A stretch of DNA of 9,751 nucleotides from a virus (lineage: Duplodnaviria; Heunggongvirae; Uroviricota; Caudoviricetes): the IMG/VR virus record IMGVR_UViG_2802429241_000003. One strand, 5' to 3'. This document shows positions 6,407 to 9,751 of this stretch, one piece after another. Position 1 is the first letter of the stretch. Each line of letters begins with the position of its first letter. A program made the position numbers and the translations under genes. The notes beneath the pieces were generated by a model. That model had not been told where the DNA came from. It ran no database searches and saw nothing but the letters and a program-made list of their open reading frames with translations.

Positions 6407-6505
6407 ATGCGCCATTGGTGGACACTTTCCGAGCCGTAGCAAAATCTACGGTCGGGATTGGCGTCCCGATTGCACAATGGCGCATACCGCGTTAGCGGTT
6501 TTTTT
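6407..6505 (+). ncRNA. Structured element: 11-bp long-range stem enclosing two adjacent 6-bp hairpins, followed at once by an intrinsic terminator; candidate leader/attenuator or small RNA
   Basis: Outer stem 6407-6417 aatgcgccattg pairs with 6475-6485 caatggcgcat; hairpins ccgtag-caaaat-ctacgg and tcggga-ttggcg-tcccga; terminator accgc-gtta-gcggt plus T7 (6486-6505). TTGACA at 6397-6402 lies just upstream. Confidence 0.3.
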
Positions 6506-6607
6506 ATGCGTAAAGCACTGCTACACCCAAATTATGGTGGGGCGTGCGGGGGCGGAGAAATCCGCGCCGGGTTTGTCATTGTGCCGGTTACGCCAACCCT
6601 GTACGTC

Positions 6608-6641
6608 TCACCACCATATTGATTGGCGTCATTGGTGGTGA
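6608..6641. promoter_or_regulatory. Inverted repeat TCACCACCA-N16-TGGTGGTGA in the promoter region of the antirepressor-like operon
   Basis: 9-bp perfect arms at 6608-6616 and 6633-6641; a third ATTGGTGG half-site at 6414-6421; lies 27-60 bp upstream of the ATG at 6668. Confidence 0.4.
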
Positions 6642-6667
6642 TAGTTCCTTTAATCGGAGATATCACA

Positions 6668-6859
6668 ATGACAAACCTACCCCATGACTATTACGTCAAC
6701 CTCGTAAAGATCCTTCTCAAGAAAGCCTCATACGCCGATAAATTCCGCCTGGCTGAAATCATAGAGCGCGAAGCTATGCGCATCGCCAGCAACGATAACG
6801 CTGTTTCTGACGCAAAAATCTCCCTCGTAACCAAAGTAGTTATGGGAGGTGCAAAATGA
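6668..6859 (+). CDS. Hypothetical small protein (63 aa), translationally coupled to the downstream antirepressor-like gene
   Basis: ATG at 6668 with GGAGA SD 8 nt upstream; stop TGA overlaps the ATG of the next gene (ATGA at 6856-6859). Confidence 0.45.
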   Translation: MTNLPHDYYVNLVKILLKKASYADKFRLAEIIEREAMRIASNDNAVSDAKISLVTKVVMGGAK

Positions 6860-8124
6860 AAACGCTTCCGACCGTTAACACCCTACAGCCTATCCTGCAT
6901 AACCAAATCCCTGTCATTACTACCGAGTTACTGGCACAGCTTTACGGCGTATCTCCTGTACGCATTCGACAAAATCATCATGAGAATAAGGAACGCTTCA
7001 TTGAAGGTAAGCACTACTTCAAAATTGAAGGTAACGAACTTCGAGAGTTAAAGCACAAAGTGACTCAAGATAATGATGTGAAGAACAAAAACTCTTTAAG
7101 AGATTCAGTTAATGACGCCCCCTCTAAAAGAGAGAGCGTCGAGCACAGAGTAGTTTTAAACTACTCTGTTAACCACAAGGTAACTAAAAGTCACTCTGTG
7201 AAAATCGCCCGTAACGTTCGCTCCCTCATTCTCTGGACAGAACGCGGGGCTGCACGTCACGCTAAAATGCTCGAAACTAACCAAGCGTGGGATGTGTTCG
7301 AACGGCTGGAAGACTGCTACTTCAACCAGAACGCGCAAACGGCCGCGACCGTTACCGTCTCGCCAAACAATGCTCGTGAGGTTGTCGATACGCTCAACGC
7401 CAAACCGATGTTTTACATTAAGGTGTGCAACAACGAGCCACTCACAACCTCAGCCGATGTTGCCCAGGCATTCAGCACCACAAACAATTCCATCGTTATG
7501 GCCATCGATGCGCTACGCATTCCTCGCACGGCTGCGGCACGTCATTTCTTTAAAGAGCAACGACCGCTGGAAGGAAGCGACCGCGAAATAACAATCTATC
7601 GCATGACAAAAGACGGATTTACCTTGCTCATGGAAAGTATCGACGGTCCAGGCGTGAAGGATATCAAGCTGGCCTACATTGAAGCCTTTAACGCTATCAG
7701 CAGCGTGTTAAAAACACAGTACGAGCGCGATCTGGCTAAACGACTGTACCAGGAAAAAACGATTATCCGCGCGGCAACAGAGCATAATCGGCTATTAACG
7801 GAACCGAACTACAGGAAGGAACTAATCAAGGAGTTTGACAAGGCAACAGGGAAAACCAAAGCGACGCTAAATCTGCCAGCAATGACTCAGGAAAATGTGA
7901 TATCAGCCTTACTTCTTGATCTGCTCAGAAACGCCAGAGCACTTATCAGCTTTGACGAAAACCTGAATCCTCAGCTCAAGCTACTACCACCGACAGGCAA
8001 AGTAGTCGACCAAGCTGATCACAACAGCATACTCAGCGTTCTGGATGCAAACCTGCCAGCCAGGACACTACAGGATCTGATAAAAACATGTGCTGATAAG
8101 CTGGCACAGAAAAGCAGACCATAA
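6856..8124 (+). CDS. Antirepressor-like phage regulatory protein: N-terminal ORF6N-like domain, central Rha-like domain, unassigned C-terminal region
   Basis: 422 aa. N-terminal ITTELLAQLYGVSPVRIRQNHHENKERF...ILWTERGAARHAKMLETNQAWDVFERLEDCYF resembles ORF6N; central RMTKDGFTLLMESIDGPGVKDIKLAYIEAFNAI resembles the Rha family (TRDGF..L.M.F.G.....K..YI.AFN). Strong GGGAGG SD 6 nt upstream. Confidence 0.75.
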   Translation: MKTLPTVNTLQPILHNQIPVITTELLAQLYGVSPVRIRQNHHENKERFIEGKHYFKIEGNELRELKHKVTQDNDVKNKNSLRDSVNDAPSKRESVEHRVVLNYSVNHKVTKSHSVKIARNVRSLILWTERGAARHAKMLETNQAWDVFERLEDCYFNQNAQTAATVTVSPNNAREVVDTLNAKPMFYIKVCNNEPLTTSADVAQAFSTTNNSIVMAIDALRIPRTAAARHFFKEQRPLEGSDREITIYRMTKDGFTLLMESIDGPGVKDIKLAYIEAFNAISSVLKTQYERDLAKRLYQEKTIIRAATEHNRLLTEPNYRKELIKEFDKATGKTKATLNLPAMTQENVISALLLDLLRNARALISFDENLNPQLKLLPPTGKVVDQADHNSILSVLDANLPARTLQDLIKTCADKLAQKSRP

Positions 8125-8128
8125 CTAC

Positions 8129-8160
8129 AAGGGGCTACGGCCCCTTACTCTTTTCTCTCT
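8129..8160 (+). terminator. Intrinsic terminator after the 422-aa gene
   Basis: Hairpin aaggggc-tacg-gcccctt followed by a pyrimidine/U-rich tract (actcttttctctct). Confidence 0.6.
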
Positions 8161-8359
8161 TATCAACGCCAGAGACGTTCTGAAAATCCTTTCGAATAGC
8201 GTCAGCATCACGCGCCAAGCCCATACTGGAACGCGTCGCCATATGACGAAAATGATCAACTGCCGGAAACAAAGAAATAATGGACCCAATAGCTTGCAGC
8301 AAACTCGCTTTTCTACGCATCATAATTCCACCATAACCGATAACCACCCTTCAGACACA

Positions 8360-8374
8360 CCCCCCCCTCCCCCC
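8360..8374. repeat. Homopolymeric tract C8-T-C6 in a non-coding region
   Basis: ccccccccTcccccc read directly; on the minus strand G6-A-G8. Confidence 0.9.
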
Positions 8375-8861
8375 ATACAGGGTGCCCTTTACCGGAGTTC
8401 CGGCCCCTTCTCAAAAGCATCAAAAAAAGCTCGAGATCGAGTACCGGAACTCATGCCACCAGATAGCTCCACATCGTTTCCAATGCTTCGCCGCCGTGTG
8501 CGCCCTGTGGCCCACAATCATGCCATTGGTCGTCTGATATACCTTCTTCTGCTCATAGAGCACAGGCGAGTTGTCGCACTCCTGCCTTTCTCAGACTCGA
8601 CTTAGTTTAGATCGCTGTTCCTGGCTTGCGTCAGCACACTTTCCCCTTGTACGCATACCCGCGCGCCACTTCGCCCAAAAACACCGAACCCAACGAAGTG
8701 GCAAAGACAACGACACGAGCGTGAGTCTGAAATGGGCACCAGTAAAAAAGGGGTTGCAGGCGCAAAAAGATTTGATTATCTTTAGACGCAAGAAAGCCGC
8801 CCCAATCAAGAGGTGTCTTTTTAAATCCAGCCTACCAAGCAAGATTTAAATTTCAGACTGA

Positions 8862-8890
8862 AAACCGCCCGGCAAGGCGGTTTTTGTCTT
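8862..8890. terminator. Bidirectional intrinsic terminator (ends the HTH gene operon on the minus strand and any rightward transcript on the plus strand)
   Basis: aaaccgcc-cggcaa-ggcggttt hairpin with a T-run on the plus side (8881-8885) and, in reverse complement, a U-tract on the minus side. Confidence 0.65.
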
Positions 8891-8933
8891 TCTGGCGCTT
8901 ACATTACACCACCATAAAACGATCCGTAAAGGA

Positions 8934-9206
8934 TCATTTGATCCCTTGTTCCAATTCTGACGACACTTTAACCTTTTCCCATACAAGGGTTTGCAGCCTT
9001 AACAGAATCGCGTCTTTATCAAGGTGTGAAAGATCCTTCACCATATCGTCAAACGACAGAACGCGAATGGCCATCTCAATGACCCTCGGCGGCTCCCCCT
9101 TCTCATATCGCTTATATGTAGCCAACGATATCCCAAATTCTTCGGCGGCTCGCTCCTGCGTCCAGTTCATCCCACGACGCCATAATTTCAATTCATAACC
9201 CGTCAT
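8934..9206 (-). CDS. XRE-type HTH DNA-binding protein (90 aa), antitoxin-like or autoregulator-like
   Basis: ATG at 9206 preceded by GAGGAGGG SD; LKLWRRGMNWTQERAAEEFGISLATYKRYEKGEPPRVIEMAIRVL fits an XRE HTH; the track's longer version starts at a TTG inside the palindrome. Confidence 0.6.
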   Translation of the reverse strand: MTGYELKLWRRGMNWTQERAAEEFGISLATYKRYEKGEPPRVIEMAIRVLSFDDMVKDLSHLDKDAILLRLQTLVWEKVKVSSELEQGIK

Positions 9207-9234
9207 AGCACCCTCCTCGCACAATATTAACACT

Positions 9235-9261
9235 CGCAAAGTGTCAAAATGACACTTTGCG
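9235..9261. promoter_or_regulatory. Perfect 27-bp palindrome CGCAAAGTGTCA-AAA-TGACACTTTGCG between the 126-aa gene and the HTH gene; candidate operator overlapping a TTGACA -35 on the minus strand
   Basis: 12-bp perfect arms; minus-strand TTGACA at 9242-9247; lies about 30 bp upstream of the HTH gene ATG. Confidence 0.5.
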
Positions 9262-9269
9262 CATTGTGT

Positions 9270-9650
9270 TTACTTAACGAGGAATAAAAATGGTTTATTG
9301 TTCGGCGGTGTAATCGGGGCTGGCTCGCTTTTGCTCATGCGATCAGTGTACCAGGCCAACTCCTTGTCAAAGTAAGCCTGATTAAAATAGGCCATGAATG
9401 TAGTTTCAAATCCATAACGACCGCTAATACGCAGCATCTGATTGCCGTTCTCTGTTTCCAGATATACCTGGGCACGTTCCTGATTCTCCTTCAGCCAGGT
9501 TAAAGCCTCATCGCATGAGGACACACGATACTCATCATCGTAGCAGTCATCGATGCGGCTTGAGGAAGAACGGCAAATCACGCCAACAGAACCAGCCAGG
9601 ATAGTTTGAATTTTAAGGAAAGCGTTTTTGCGGATTTTAATCATGCTCAT
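9270..9650 (-). CDS. Hypothetical protein (126 aa), first gene of the two-gene cassette
   Basis: ATG at 9650 with GGAGA SD 8 nt upstream; no recognisable motif; followed by the palindrome and the HTH gene. Confidence 0.5.
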   Translation of the reverse strand: MSMIKIRKNAFLKIQTILAGSVGVICRSSSSRIDDCYDDEYRVSSCDEALTWLKENQERAQVYLETENGNQMLRISGRYGFETTFMAYFNQAYFDKELAWYTDRMSKSEPAPITPPNNKPFLFLVK

Positions 9651-9682
9651 CGGGTTATCTCCGGTTTAACCAGAGCGGGTAT

Positions 9683-9751
9683 CGCTCGGTTTCGGGTATA
9701 ACCTTAGGAAATTTTTTCCCACCTGTAAAGCACTTTTTATATAAATCTATA
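9683..9751. repeat. Second copy of the terminal redundancy (identical to 1-69)
   Basis: Base-by-base identity with 1-69. Confidence 0.9.

Noticed and set aside
6407-6485. tRNA-like reading of the nested-hairpin element
   Set aside because: The outer stem resembles an acceptor stem, but the inner hairpins have 6-nt loops, there is no D-arm or GTTC-type T-loop, and an 8-nt linker precedes the 3' strand; it does not fit a tRNA cloverleaf.
7156-7591. Track ORFs 7156-7338 (-) and 7292-7591 (+) inside the 422-aa gene
   Set aside because: Embedded in a gene with clear domain motifs and a strong SD; shadow ORFs.
8135-8347. Minus-strand small ORF (62 aa from the ATG at 8323)
   Set aside because: Has a possible GGTGGA SD, but its 3' end overlaps the terminator hairpin of the convergent 422-aa gene and it has no recognisable features; too weak to call.
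8090-8849. Track ORFs 8090-8605 (+), 8571-8849 (+) and 8591-8842 (-)
   Set aside because: Low-complexity translations (poly-Pro from the C-tract, Arg/Ser-rich), overlap terminator hairpins, and lack convincing SD sequences; treated as non-coding.
8161-8860. ColE1-type RNA I/RNA II origin
   Set aside because: No stretch resembling the conserved ColE1 RNA II or ori sequences was seen by eye here or in the other non-coding regions; this needs a real alignment to exclude.
1-9751. CRISPR array, integrase/att sites, IS elements, LexA box
   Set aside because: No regularly spaced direct repeats with unique spacers, no tyrosine or serine recombinase-like ORF, no transposase-like ORF with terminal inverted repeats, and no CTGT-N8-ACAG match were found in a by-eye scan.

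Overview
All calls are by eye from the sequence and the six-frame ORF track; no database search or folding program was run. The window looks like one complete circular element of 9682 bp: bases 1-69 recur exactly at 9683-9751. It is a miniature lambdoid-style regulatory backbone with no recognisable integrase, replication initiator, or virion or lysis genes. Contents: (i) an immunity switch, with a CI-like repressor (2664-3320, +) divergent from a Cro-like gene (1995-2489, -) across an operator region carrying ACCAC-N5-GTGGT sites; (ii) a translationally coupled leftward operon of nin-region-like genes ending in a short Q-like antiterminator candidate (139-516, -); (iii) a ParA ATPase plus small ParG-like partition cassette (3938-4883, +) flanked by copies of an AT-rich 16-bp repeat, with a further copy at 55-88; (iv) a 422-aa ORF6N/Rha-domain antirepressor-like gene with a coupled 63-aa upstream ORF (6668-8124, +); (v) a two-gene cassette of a 126-aa unknown protein and an XRE-type HTH regulator separated by a perfect 27-bp palindrome (8934-9650, -); (vi) three long non-coding stretches (5257-5676, 6223-6667, 8161-8933). 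The most interesting candidate is a type I toxin-antitoxin-like module at 5105-5672: a 40-aa hydrophobic ORF with its own terminator, and a divergent short RNA sharing a 20-nt segment that would base-pair with the ORF's 5' leader. Product names rest on remembered family motifs and gene order and are hypotheses.
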